A DNA stretch of 63,760 nt, filler included, from Pelomyxa schiedti (lineage: Eukaryota > Protista > Evosea): NCBI GenBank assembly GCA_020536535.1. It is 8 parts of 8 records of this genome, joined end to end, with 100 filler letters (N's around TTAATTAATTAA, not from the genome) between each part and the next. Parts side by side here need not be neighbours in the genome. Positions count along the whole stretch, not along the records: positions 31,724 to 46,735 come from JAHLWZ010000350.1; positions 46,836 to 51,795 come from JAHLWZ010001541.1; 6 more parts are not named here. One strand, 5' to 3'. The notes below the pieces were generated by a model. It had not been told where the DNA came from, did not search any database, and worked only from the letters and a program-made list of their open reading frames with translations. Position numbers and translations under genes: made by a program. Positions 38,615-50,810 of the stretch are shown one piece after another (positions within the stretch are counted from its first letter, which is position 1; each line of letters starts with the position of its first letter).

Positions 38615-39715
38615 CTACAGTGCGGTGCACTTCCATAGACCGTAGTGAATGAAATGAAGAGCATCACTCTTTGGGGGCAGAACCTCCAAAACTGCTTCCT
38701 CGTTTTCTTTCGTCATCTTTTGTCTGTCTGTTGTTGGCAAAGGGGGGAAAAAAAAAAAAAGAAGTCTTTGCTGCACATAACCACATTGTCCTATATCCGT
38801 AGTTACTCTCATCGTTGACAACCAAACCCAAATTGGGGGAAAAACAATAGGGCTTTGATCAAAAAGCGGGACCCTGGTGGATCATCTTGGTCTCTCTCAG
38901 AGCTCCCTCAGCAAATACTTTGCACTTCATCACGAACTCAAGGTTCCTTTGCCAAACACCTTTCCCCAACAGTACTCACTGATTCAGGAAAATCATTGTT
39001 GAAGATGTTCAGGACGACACAGAAATGTGTAGAATCTGCAATGATATCAGATATGAATCGTAGTTTTTACATGTAGTGGTAGTTTTAGTAGTAGTAATTT
39101 CTACATGTGTTTCATGCATACTTTCAACATGAGGAGAACCGGAACCATCCCATGAAGTTCCTTCCAAGGATACATCACCAACTCAACATGGTAAGGTAAG
39201 CTGTTTTTTTTTGTTTTTTTGTCATTTTGGTTTGCCAAAAAAAAAACTCATTCCCTAGTTTGTTCTCGATTGCGATTCAACGTCACTGAAGCATCTGGAA
39301 ACTGATCATAACTGAAAAATTCCGTAGTTTTGCTGCCACAGTTTTAAACTCGTCATCGCAGATTTACCCCTTTCCCTCAATAGTATTGTCACTCCCTGTT
39401 CCCGTTACTAACAGGTTTGAATTACTCCAGAGTACAATCTTTACCTCTCTTTGAATCCTGAGTCAAGTTCAAAACAAAGCTCTCAATATCCAGCCGAGTC
39501 CCTTGTGGAGATTGATTTACTATTGTATTGACAGAGAACCGGCCCTCTGCATGCTTTCCCTGTCCCAAGTGAAGATATGAATTTTCAACTGAAAGTGCGA
39601 AGGCAAAAAGTCCCTCATCCCTATAACACCGAGCAAAAAAAAGATATCTGGATGTATTCATCAGATAGAAATTGCCGACGGGCGTCGTCCTCTCATATGC
39701 CCTTTCAAAGTACAA
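38615..39715 (-). pseudogene. Fragmented hypothetical gene
   Basis: Coding-like ORF 39422-39715 followed by stop-interrupted segments. Confidence 0.3.
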
Positions 39716-40533
39716 CTAGTAAAGGTCTTCAGGAAGTGGGAGCAAAATTTCTGACTTCCTTACTTAACAAACCCAAAATAAGGGGACCTTGGCATGTCAC
39801 TTAGTAGTTTTACCTTCTTCACATTTCATCTTCTGTGCTTTCAGGTCTCAAAGTATTCTCCCTTCCGTAATTTGAGATGAGGCTCCATTTGGATAATTTT
39901 GAGCCAGTGGCGGTTTAGTAATGAAACAGTTCCAACTAGTTGTACATGTACTAGCATCCAGGTACCGACTCCTTTTCCTTTAATATTCTTATTTTTGTTT
40001 AGGCAGCAATGTCTAACACAATTCCGAATAATGTGGGCGGACTGTCTGCAAATGCTTTCACTCTTGAAAACCAAGTATCGCTATTTTTACTTTGTTTGTG
40101 TTCCTTGGCTCACACACAGGCTGATGGAATCAGAGATTACCAGCCATTTCCTGCTTGATCCGTCACTACAAAAGTGACTGCTGCATACACAGGGAATGCC
40201 TCCGATTACTCAGGTGTTATGGAGTCGCATCAGAAGGACTGACGAACTGAACGCAGCACCGTTTCCACCCTCACACCTCTACTACACTGTAACCCTCTTC
40301 CTCTTCCTCTTTGCTCTGGGTCTTGCACTTTGGACACACCTTACAACTCAACTCACCAGCCACTCTACTTCTGCTCCTGAAGCTGAAAAAGATAATTTTC
40401 TTCCTGAAGTATTATTTGCATTGGGATAAAGAAACAAAATGCATTCTTATTTCCTTCAAACAGTTTCCAACAGAGTATGTTTGTGTTTCTGGGGTGATTT
40501 TGGGGGACTGGTGAAAAGCAGTATTGAACTGGC

Positions 40534-41773
40534 TCAAGGTTGCTTCTTTCGCATTTCTTCGAGAGCCTCCTGCAAAGCAAGAGGTGCTGTGGGGAGAGAA
40601 GTGAGAAGATCATTTTAGCTTGTTTGGAGGAACAGAAACCGGCGGCGATTTCATCTCGGAGTTTTTGACTCTGTTGCTTTAGGCGGAGCAGTTCGGCTTT
40701 GCGCTGGTCTATCAGTGCCCTTTTTGCTGTGTGATATAGATAGAGGAGTTAAATGTGCAACCCAACACTTAACAGCACTGCGTATGACGGTACGAAGGAA
40801 GTGGTGTTTCTCAACCTGCATTGGCTCTTGCATTTGCTTCCTGTATTTGTCTTCTCTTATTTTCTGGGGAGTTTCAGTTTAAAACAAAAAAAAAAAAGAA
40901 GTTCCCCGTAGAGGAGTGGATGTGGTGTTGTTGTTCGTACCGGTAGCATCCACGAGTAAGACAGTTCTCTCCAGTTGCTGGAGAGAGAAGTTAGCCATAT
41001 TAATGATTGTTGCATATTACCCCAAAAAGTCCCCTGCATAGCTCCAAGTAAGGGCCTTGTTCTTCAGTTAATCGACTGGTAAACTCTTTCATTTGGTCAA
41101 TGTGTGTCATAAAAATGGGCAGCACGGCGTGAAGACCAGACCCACCATCTGGAGTCTTTTAGATAAATCCGAACTCAATACAGCTTATTACCTTGTGGGA
41201 ATTCATTTGGTGGTTGTTGGTGCTCAGTAGTAGCATCCTTTGTGTATTGCACGTTAATTAATTACTATCGGTGCTGAAAGTACTTGAAGCTTTCCAGATG
41301 AAATCTCGGTTATCAACTTTGGGTTTGGTGATGGCTTCTGGGGTCGATTGATTATACCCGTGTCTTGAACACTGAAGAATCCAGTTCGAATAAACTCTGG
41401 TGTTGGAGCATCGTTCAAGGCATTGTGAGAACCTTCCATTCCGTGGTCTGCCAAGAGTTGCGGGAATCCCACAGAATCTGTGATAACTTTGGATTGGTGC
41501 ACCGAGTTCGAAACAGATTTACCTGATGACAGGGGAGCAGTTTCATTTGCTGTCGGAGCGCTGTGATTTCCCTGGAGTACCAAAGTGAACGCGTGATGAG
41601 GAACACGCGAGGGTTAAGAGAACAAGTGAAGGGTTCGAGATTGGCTTACCCTGACGAAGTACGACGTCAGGCGATCGAGTCACAGATGTCGAGGGAACCC
41701 CTCCAGGCGACTCGTCGCCCTCCATGGTAAGGTCGATGACATCTCTTTGCGGTACCGCTTGCGACTGCTGCAT
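40534..41773 (-). CDS. Hypothetical spliced protein with N-terminal SIM-like VIDLT motif
   Basis: MQQSQAVPQRDVIDLT start; several short introns; predicted end ...LQEALEEMRKKQP*. Confidence 0.5.
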
Positions 41774-42599
41774 GCGACGAGATCTTGTCTTTGTCTTATT
41801 ATTTATTTTTAATGATTAAAGGAAAATCGAGCAGGGCAATAAAACACATGATGACTACAGACACTACCAAAAATAGCAGATCTATTGGGTTTTTCACATT
41901 GGGAACGGCAACCCACAAGACCCCATGGTACCATGGTATCGGATCAGATTCAGACGAATGCGAATGTGGCTATCTTGTGAAGTTTCACTTGTCAGTTGGT
42001 ATTGGCCCTTTGTGCTGCTTTCCAAATGGGAGTTATTAAACCTGTTTCAAAATTAGTAGAAGGCTCAGAAATAATAAGTTCTACCATCTAGGCATAGCTG
42101 TCCTGCCAGGAACTCAGCCATTTGCTGCCGGTGTTGACGAAGAAAGCTTTCATAATTGATGCATCATGCAATATGTCATGTGCAGAAAATATCGATAGGA
42201 ATTCGCATCTGGAAGGGTTATTTCAATCGAGGAATGAAGAGATACCATTGCGATTTGCTGCCACTCCTGGAGGTAATGAAAACTTTCATGTATTAGTAAG
42301 AAGGAATGTGGAGCGGGATTTGGCACACTGTGGCAATACGGGATTTTCTACCACTGAATACAAACTTTTAAGCACAGAAACTTCTCAGAGTATTATTCTT
42401 GACGTTCGAGGAGGAGAAGATCAATTCCCCAAAAGAAAGTTGGCCTAGGGAAAAATAAATTTCCTTGGCAACAAGTAACACTTGGTAATAGTATGGGATG
42501 ATGTAATGATACAAGGGCGATACAAACCCAAAAGAAAATACACATTGTTGTTTGTACTGGAATCGACTTCTGCTCAGCTCAATTGGTAAGGAAAAAGTC

Positions 42600-43750
42600 T
42601 GCGCAAGATAAACCGGCAATGTGCGGAGATAGGATTTAGTCAAAATGTGTTTACACACTAGGAAACAAAGATTCCCAAAACTTGAAGTATACTTGAGAAA
42701 GGGTGAAAATTGATCACATAGAAAGGTTACCATATTTTGTCATTTGAAGTTGACAAATCTCAATCTCACATTGATAGGCGGAGTTACGATATGCATTCGT
42801 TTCAGTTGATTCTCTTAGGAATGGATGGAACTATATGCTGAACCTACAGAATTTTCGTCTGAGCTGGTTCTTCAGATATTCATTGAAAAAGGGCAGTTGT
42901 GTGGTCGCATCATCCTTATTGCCGATATGATTTTCAATAGAGGCACCACATGAACTTGCACTTGCCCAACTGGAAGGTGCGTCTAAGGCTGACAGTCGCC
43001 GATGCTGGAATATGCTGCTTTTGTGCCAAATTCTATCCAAGGCGCTTTGAAACTGATGGTAATGTTGTAGAATATGTGTCTCATAATTCTGTGGTACCGT
43101 ATAAGGTACTTCTCTGGGAGGCCAGGAAAGAAAGTTCCTCAACGATGACCGTATCCACTGGCAGCCTACACTGGGAAACGCTATGCAATTTTCCTCTCTT
43201 CTCTCCCACAAAGTATCTCCCCAAAAGTAGGACCATACAATCCACGTGAACAATGCCTGAGGTGAGGAACCCCCCAGTGGGAGATGGCTCGGTGTTTGAA
43301 TTTTCACTGGGGGGGTAGTGAATGAACCACCAAAGAAATGGTCACCATTTCTTTACATGTTGCCGTGCATTTGCGGAGAAAACGCGTAGAATTTGGCAGT
43401 CTAACTAACTACTAGAGGATAGATAGTCGAAGGTGGCAGTCTGTGTCTGACTCAGTGAATGAAATTCATTGGGGATCAAAACCGTGTGAACTTCAGGTTC
43501 CCAATCAGAATAATTTGTTCTTGGATGCCATTCCCATTGGCATATGTGGTACAACAGAGTTCTGGCCATGTGATTGGTTTTCTAATGAAAGCCTTACGAT
43601 AGTAAAGCAGTGTGCCCATCGGTGATCATATGGCTACGATAAGAGGCTCATCTGGTGAAGGGGTGCTTGAGAGGTATTATCCCAAGTGTGGAGTTTAACA
43701 TCTTCATCATATCCCCATGTGGATTCTCGTGTAAATGACAAGGGCACCCC
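42600..43750 (-). mobile_element. Possible decayed Mutator/MULE-like transposase
   Basis: Weak motifs PLIVAYMITD, FNEYLKNQL and CKHI (SWIM-like) in plausible order; heavily disrupted. Confidence 0.25.
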
Positions 43751-44425
43751 CATTGAGATGAAAGTATTTATTGTCATAAAATGCTGGTACAATCCCTGAG
43801 TAGTATGCACAAAAAAAAAAAAACCAGGAGAAGGAATGCCGCAAGAATATGCGTTGGAATGAGACTTCCTCTACATTAGAGTGCCTTTCTTGTGTTCACT
43901 GCAGTCTAGGCTTTGACGATGCAGAATACCAGTTCTCCCTGGAGGTGTGAGTGGTCTCATTTCAATGCCTATTCCTTGGTGCTGCTAAATCATTCACGTT
44001 CTGTGCCTGTTTGGAAGAGTAATTTTGAATGAAGAGGTATGTGTAACCGCAGCTGATCCACCAATGTTCTGCGGTTCGTTTAGGTTCAGTAAAGAACGTG
44101 CCAAAATAGGCATTGCTCCTCACAGTAAAATCTACAGTAGAAAGAGCGGATCCGTGCAGTTATGGGTTTGACTCCCCGTCGCTCACTCGCTCGCACCCCT
44201 CACCCCATAACCCAAGCCCAGTACAAAAATGAATGAAACACCGAGAGAACCAATGATGGGTCCCCACTCTCACGTGAGGTTTCCGTAGATACTTCACGTA
44301 TTCATTTCGTTCGCGTTAGCGAAGAGAGCAGTGATCGTACACAAAAGTAATAAAAAAACAAGCCCAAGAAGTAACAACACCAACAACTTTTTTTTGTCAA
44401 CAGGAATGGAAAGCAATGGATTGGC

Positions 44426-45847
44426 TTACGGTAACTTCTTTGGGGCAACGAATGGAAAAGGGGAGACAGCGGCTGCCACGAAAGGCAGTCCATCCTCCAT
44501 CACAAAAAGTGTAGCTCCCGTAAGTGCATCTATTATCCTGTGTGTCGATTTGATACAGGGCTCTCCTTCATCAGAACTAGTAGTATCGACATCAAGCTTC
44601 AAATAAGTTGCAACCAACAAGCCACATCCTGCAACGACTGCTCTTGCTTTGCCCAAAATATGAGTGAACACAGGATCTGGGGCCTGTTGTTGCTGTGGTG
44701 GAGGATGATGGGCATTCTCTTCTCTCCGGCACCGCTTGGGATCAGGGGCCTTTGCTTCTTCATTTTGCTTTGTTGCTGCCTTAAGGAGAGCTGCCAACGA
44801 ATACACGGAAGTGTTGCCCTCAGGCCCGTATTCGGTTGTGCAGAGATGTGCATCATCGACCACTTGCACTTGAAGTCCCCGTCTATCCTTGAAGCAGCAT
44901 ATGTGGTCCCCTGTGCTCAGGTCAAGTAGGTTGACATCTCCTTCCGTTTGATCAAGTGGCACGTAGTACTTATTTTCCGTTCTGTAGAACAGGGGTTTGC
45001 CCAAATCACTTCTATGGATCCCTGACAAATTGAATTCCACCAGGTTCTTGGCATGCCTCAACGGAGCATTGCCCCACACAGTATGCAAGTCCACATGAAA
45101 CCCTCGCAGAACAAGCTCATTCTTGTATGTCTCTGTGAAGAATACCTCAATAGTGTCCGACTCCAGGAAGTTGTATTGGACTCCGGGTGAGAAGAATCTG
45201 ATTGATATCACCTCGATTTGGCTGCCGGGCCTTGTTGAGAGCTTCAGCACAACATATTCTTCCTTTGGCACATCATTCACAACTGCCCACACAGCAATGT
45301 CCAGTTTAGGTTGAGACATTACAATCCAACTGGCGTTTGACGCCACCAGCGGGTTTCGCTCCCGGAAAGGTAGCGGCACAGAAGTAATTACAGTTGTGGG
45401 GCCTTCGATAAGGCGCATGACTGGGGGCTGCTCCCTCTTCGCTCGAATCAGTGCCCTGTCTGGCTTCGTCCACCCCATCAAGCACCTAACCCACTCCAGT
45501 GTTAAAGGCCCCGCCAGCAGTCCCGCCGTGTAAGACAACGAGAAGAACACGGGCGGCGCTCTTCGGTCATGACCTGGGTCTGCGCCAGGGCCCGTCGCGG
45601 TAAGACTGCGCCTGGTGTTGGCCAGACTGAACCTGAGCCACGCAACCCTCTCCACGGCCATCACATACTTCTTCCCTATCTCGGCCCTCACGAGCCACTC
45701 AGGCACCAACGCCAAAACACAGCCTTTGCCACCGGTTGCAGCCCGACGCTTTTCCGACAACTTTGCGGAAGCAATAGCCACGAACTGAGAAACTGCACGC
45801 AGCGGCTCCGGCGGCCTTTGCACGTCGACATTGTAGCACGACCACAT
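44426..45847 (-). CDS. Expanded lineage-specific F-box-like / beta-propeller family member (473 aa, intronless)
   Basis: AVSQFVAIAS...LVPEWLVRAEIGKKYV...FFSLSYTAGLL...ASNASWIV...THRIIDALTG. Confidence 0.8.
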   Translation of the reverse strand: MWSCYNVDVQRPPEPLRAVSQFVAIASAKLSEKRRAATGGKGCVLALVPEWLVRAEIGKKYVMAVERVAWLRFSLANTRRSLTATGPGADPGHDRRAPPVFFSLSYTAGLLAGPLTLEWVRCLMGWTKPDRALIRAKREQPPVMRLIEGPTTVITSVPLPFRERNPLVASNASWIVMSQPKLDIAVWAVVNDVPKEEYVVLKLSTRPGSQIEVISIRFFSPGVQYNFLESDTIEVFFTETYKNELVLRGFHVDLHTVWGNAPLRHAKNLVEFNLSGIHRSDLGKPLFYRTENKYYVPLDQTEGDVNLLDLSTGDHICCFKDRRGLQVQVVDDAHLCTTEYGPEGNTSVYSLAALLKAATKQNEEAKAPDPKRCRREENAHHPPPQQQQAPDPVFTHILGKARAVVAGCGLLVATYLKLDVDTTSSDEGEPCIKSTHRIIDALTGATLFVMEDGLPFVAAAVSPFPFVAPKKLP

Positions 45848-46298
45848 GATGACGTTTTTGAGTGTAGATCTTGATTTTTTTTTGATTTATGATGGGAACT
45901 AAGCTTTCTGCCAGGTGCCAAAGCAGGATTGGTGTCAAAGTGCAATTGCCATTACGCTACATTACATACCTTACCTTACCGGCAGATACCTTTCCGTACG
46001 TCGAAACCAGTGCTCTTTGTATAGTACCACTTTTATAGATGAGTATATCGAAAGTTTAACAATCCCACAAGGAACCGGTTTATTTGGAATGGCTCATGGC
46101 TCCTCCTGACTCACACAGATGCTCCGCATTCCAAATATGTGTGTGGAGATTATGTGGTCTGTGTTTAACGATGTCTCCAGTAACCTAGCTATGGAGGTAA
46201 CTGAACAGTGACATTCCACATAATACTATCCAATCCAATCACCCGCCACACCAGAAAGACCTTAAAAACAAAACCCAAAGTTTCCTTTTCTGTTCCAA

Positions 46299-46735
46299 CT
46301 AGTAGAGATTATCATTCAATGGGTCATAAGTCCTCCCTGGTTCAACGAAGGGAAAGGGCCTTATTGACCTCGGACAGACCAACCTGGGGAAAATCAGTGT
46401 GACAACTGGGGCTCCTGTTACGGCATCAGTGATGGTGTGCGTAGTTCTCGGAACAGTTGGTTCATCAGGGCTCAGAGAGCAGGTCATCAGCAAGCCACAG
46501 CCGGAAATGACTGTGAGCCCTTCCTCTGGTGACGCGTGAATGTGAGTGATTACGGGAACCGGCACATGTTGCTGCTGCGGTGAAGATTGAGGATGAGGGG
46601 CGTTCTCGCTTTCTTTTTGTAATCGGGCTCGCTTCAGCTCGGGGGCCTTGGGCTCTTCTTGCTTTGTGGTCGTATGAACGAGGAGGGATGATAGGGAATA
46701 TACAGAAGTGGTGCGTGGTTGCGCGGTTCCTGTTT
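46299..46735 (-). CDS. C-terminal part of a tandem paralog of 44426-45847
   Basis: PVITHI...SGCGLL...THTITDAVTGAP aligns with PVFTHI...AGCGLL...THRIIDALTGAT. Confidence 0.7.
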
Positions 46736-46835
46736 NNNNNNNNNNNNNNNNNNNNNNNNNNNNNNNNNNNNNNNNNNNNTTAATTAATTAANNNNNNNNN
46801 NNNNNNNNNNNNNNNNNNNNNNNNNNNNNNNNNNN

Positions 46836-49408
46836 TCCCCCTCCCCCGCCGCCTCCATCCGATCCCGCAGCCACCACCACGCCCACCACGCCCCACGACG
46901 ACGACAGCAACAACAACAACAAGCCAACTACCTTGCATCAGCAGCAGCAGCAGCAGCAGCCACAGGAACCGTCGGGTGCATCATCAACAGGAGGCACACT
47001 GAGGAGCAACAAAGGTGGTGGCGGAGGAGGCGGGGCCGCTGTGCCTGTGATGCTGAGGCCGGCCCCCGTGCCCCTATCGCAGTCCCCGCTGCCTCTCCCT
47101 ACTTCTGGCACCAGTGCCTCCCCTGCTGCTACCGCTCTCAGTTCGTCGTCCTTATCAAGGGCGAATGTGGGAATGGGTGCTACCAGTGGTGGTGGTGGAG
47201 TGGCTGTTGTTGTTCACCACCAGAACCAGAGTGCATTGAGTGGTGGTGGTGGTGGTGGTATTGGTCTGGCGGTGAATCCAGCTAGGACAGCATCGCCTCA
47301 TCACGTCGAATCATTGTTCCCTGATGACGAGGAGCCGTCGAAGCTGGGATCACTGGTGGAGCCACTGAAACTGAGCCAGGCTCAGCAGTTTGCGGATGCT
47401 TCTGGAAGCGGCGCCTCACCAAACTCACCTTCGGGGAGGAAGGGACCTGCCGTCGGCGGTGGTGCTACTCATAAAGTTGTAACTTTGGGAAATTATGTAT
47501 GTTTCCAGTTATCCACTATCTTTGTTGATTTTTGTTTATGTAACCCTCACTTGTGACTTACCTCTTTCCTTCTGCAGCAACTTGGACAAGTTATTGGTCG
47601 AGGAGCCTGCGGGGTTGTGTATGCATTTTTTTTTTCTCCCTGAGGTGAGCCTGACTGTAAACAGTTACAAAGCTGTTGATGTGAGGACAGGTGAATTTGT
47701 GGCAATTAAGCAATTTAGAGCAGCACACGAAGCTTCATTATCCGCGGAGGTATTTTCTTCATATCCTTGTTCCATTTCTTAGAAAAGGAATGCAGAAAGA
47801 AGTCTCCATCTTGAATAAACTCTCTCATCCCAACATTATCCGAGTGCTTGCAACTGTAGTTGATGATGAATGGCTTAACATGGTTCTTGAGTAGGTGATT
47901 GCTGCTTTTATTTTGCCGGATTGGATAATAACTCTACCAGGTATGCAGATGGTGGCTCCCTTGCAGGAATCCTAGACAAATTCGGGCCTTTGCCTGAGTC
48001 TTTGACAGCAATGTATACTGATCAGGTTAGCCGAGAGTTTTCCGAACCCAAAGAGTATTTATTGAGTGATAGATTCTTTCTGGCTTAGACTACTTACACT
48101 CCCAATTTGTACTGCATAGAGACATCAAGGGGGCAAATATCTTAATCTCAGCAGTATGTACTCCGACTTTTAAATGCAAGGAGTAATGTTTAAACTATTA
48201 CAGGATGGCACTGCTAAAATAACTGGCATGTACGTTACTGCTTTATTTCTTCTCACACCAGACCTAAGATTTTGGTGTCTCGACATTTGCCCAAGCATCA
48301 AAGAGATTAACGGTATGGCTTTCATAAAATGTACATACTTCTCAAGCATTCCAGGTTGTTGGTATGCCGAAAATTGGATCTGATTTTAAATATTGTGAAA
48401 AACCCACATGATAAGCTCTCCATTTTAGGAACACCTTACTGGATGTCACCTGAGACCATTCAGCTGTCAGGTCAATCAGAAGCATCTGACATATGGTTTT
48501 AATATCTCTCCTGGTGGTAACTTATTTTTGTTTTATTTAAGGAGTGTGGGTGCTACCATCATTGAACTATTAAGTGGTTTTCCTCCATACTACGAATTTT
48601 CTCCAGTTGGTGCCATGTACCATATTGTGCAGGATCCCCATCCACCTTTCCCACCTGATATCTCTGTTGTATGTTTTCCCTTTGGCATCGCTTCTCTCAC
48701 TGGGACAACACGCAGGACCTGTGCGATTTTTTGTTCCAGTGTTTTCATAAGGAGCAAACTAATAGACCGAAAGCTTCTGCCCTAAAAGCACACAATTGGC
48801 TAAAAGACTCAAGGAGACAATCTCTTTCCAAATGTCACAACATACCAAAATGAGTTACAGCCTCACACTCCTGTAGATCCATCAGTCGCAGAACTACAAG
48901 ACAGTGTGGCAAATTTCAATGCCCAGAAAGGGAGGTCCAAGCTCGCACCACCGCAGCCCTCAACAGAGCCACTGATAGACGCACATTCCTCACCACCTCC
49001 CCCTTCCACTGACTCTGAAACAAGAGATATGGTGTTGAAACTTCAAGAACAACTGAAAGCCGCCGTATGAAATCTCCCGTTTCTTCTTGTTCTAATCTCT
49101 TTTTTCCAGGAAAAAGAATTGAAGGAAGCGCAAGACCAAATAACCGAATTGAAGAAAACACTGCGGGCTAATGCGTCCCCAGAAAAAGCTACACAAGAGT
49201 AACAACCCGGCTTTTATCATTTCTCTAATTCACTGCACCATGCAGGTTTTTCTGGACTCTGGCCATGTCTCTCAAATCACTAGCAATGCAACGCGGCCAA
49301 AAGTGTGATGCCAATATACAGCTTCTCTATGAGAAGGCAAACCAAGCCGGAATACCCTGGCATGCCTGGATAGAATGGCTACCCCAAATGATGTTCAAGA
49401 AGCCATAG
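46836..49408 (+). CDS. STE-group Ser/Thr kinase, Cdc15/Cdc7(S. pombe)/SepA-like, many exons, 5' truncated
   Basis: Spliced: [20 protein letters not shown]...VAIK...HPNII...[10 protein letters not shown]...DFG...[11 protein letters not shown]...[20 protein letters not shown]...[12 protein letters not shown]. Confidence 0.9.
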
Positions 49409-50403
49409 CTCACAACCCAACAAACAACAAACCTGTAACACCAACAGCCTAAAACAAAAAAAAGTACTGTTCTAACGCAGTGCTCGCTCATTCTTGAATC
49501 CCACAATCCCTCTTTTGGTGTAGTTTTATCCCAAAAAGGTAGCCGTTCAGCTTCTTTTTTCTGAGGAGGGAGGAAATACAAGGTGCTCAAATGTAAGGGG
49601 CCTTTCTCGGTGCTTTGGCTTCATTGATCCCTGGGGGGAGTCAATGCAAAGAGCCACACCAAAGACATCAAAATCGAAATCCATCGAATACTACTAACTA
49701 CCTATCCAGCATGAAGACTAATCATCAAAAACACGGCGGTCAAACGTCGGGTTTTAGATTAGGGTTTCCCACAAGTTGTGGGAGGTGCCCTTAATAGATA
49801 TCCCCCTAACCACATGAATTTGCACATCAACGGGCACTTACTGAGCAATTCAGTGTGTTCGGCTATAAGATGTGCTGAATGAACTCCTTACCCAATCACA
49901 CAGTGTTCCTTCCTCCTCTTTTTTTGTTTTGGTACCTCCAAAAAATTTTCGTCGTAGTTTCCCACAAGATCTGGGAACTTTAAGGGTGGTGGGACAACAA
50001 ACAAGAAAAAACAACAGAAACAACGACACATAACTAGTCACACGACCAACAAACGCGTCGATCACGCGATGACGAACACCGGCTGTACCGCCGTTGAACA
50101 GCCGGGGGGCTGCAGGTCGGTAGGATTTCTGGGTGACCGTGGGGGGGGCGTCGGCGCCCCGCCTCGGACTCCCTCGTGGTGTCCGTCGCGGGCTCCACCG
50201 GTGCCTCTTGCCCGCAAAAATATCCAGGGCCCCACCCCATCCCCCCAATCCCTGGCTGGATCCCACGGCAACGCGCCCGGCGGCTTGGCTTCGCTTGCTT
50301 CGGCTCTCTGCTCACTTGGTCGCGCCATCGCTGTGCTAGTTTCTTATTGTGGGATATTGTCTGGCGCCTGTTGTTGTATGCTGCTCTGCGATTGGACTGT
50401 ATG

Positions 50404-50711
50404 ACACCCCAAAAAGGAGCAAGTTGGATTGGGGCTCGTCTCGTTTCCGGGGGATCACGTCCTCACCTCCTCTCGTTCTCTTTTGGGGTTTGGCGGATCT
50501 GAGTTCCCTGGCCCGGGAGCCCGGATCTGCTGTCATTTGACAACTCAAATGAACCAAGTTGGTCTTGTTTCCCCCTTGGCCCGGGGGATCACGTCCTCTT
50601 GTTCTTTTGGGGGGTGCCTTGTGGGATTTTGAGCCTCATGGCCAGGGGGCTCGGAACCCCACTGGGGTTGGTGTGGTTTTGGGCTTGTGGCCACAGGCCC
50701 AATTCCGCACC
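50404..50711 (+). ncRNA. Candidate structured RNA: array of G-U-rich hairpins with TGGCC loops (two diverged ~135-nt tandem units)
   Basis: Hairpins at 50492-50531, 50533-50552, 50570-50588, 50621-50662 and 50670-50711; long-range stem 50405-50423/50598-50616. Confidence 0.45.
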
Positions 50712-50735
50712 GATTGTCTGGTTCAATTCTATATC

Positions 50736-50810
50736 GTGTCTGTGGTGAAACGGTTATCATAACAGCTCTCTTTGGGGCTGTTGTTCCGGGTTCAATTCCC
50801 GGCTGGCACT
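50736..50810 (+). tRNA. tRNA-like gene or pseudogene (Gly-like body) with non-canonical enlarged anticodon arm
   Basis: Acceptor GTGTCTG/CTGGCAC, D arm GTGA-AACGGTTA-TCAT, ACAGC/GCTGT closing 10 nt (TCTCTTTGGG), T arm CCGGG-TTCAATT-CCCGG; intact A/B boxes; TTTT at 50831. Confidence 0.7.

Noticed and set aside
44160-44190. GGGTTTGACTCCCC resembling a tRNA T-arm / B box
   Set aside because: No D arm, anticodon arm or acceptor stem can be formed.
3311-49408. Alternative genetic code as an explanation for the fragmented ORFs
   Set aside because: Conserved genes are restored by short GT/GC-AG introns under the standard code; TAA, TAG and TGA all serve as stops.
50060-50400. GC-rich stretch as rRNA
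   Set aside because: No universal rRNA motifs; the minus strand contains HRVIDAFVG, similar to the expanded family's C-terminus.
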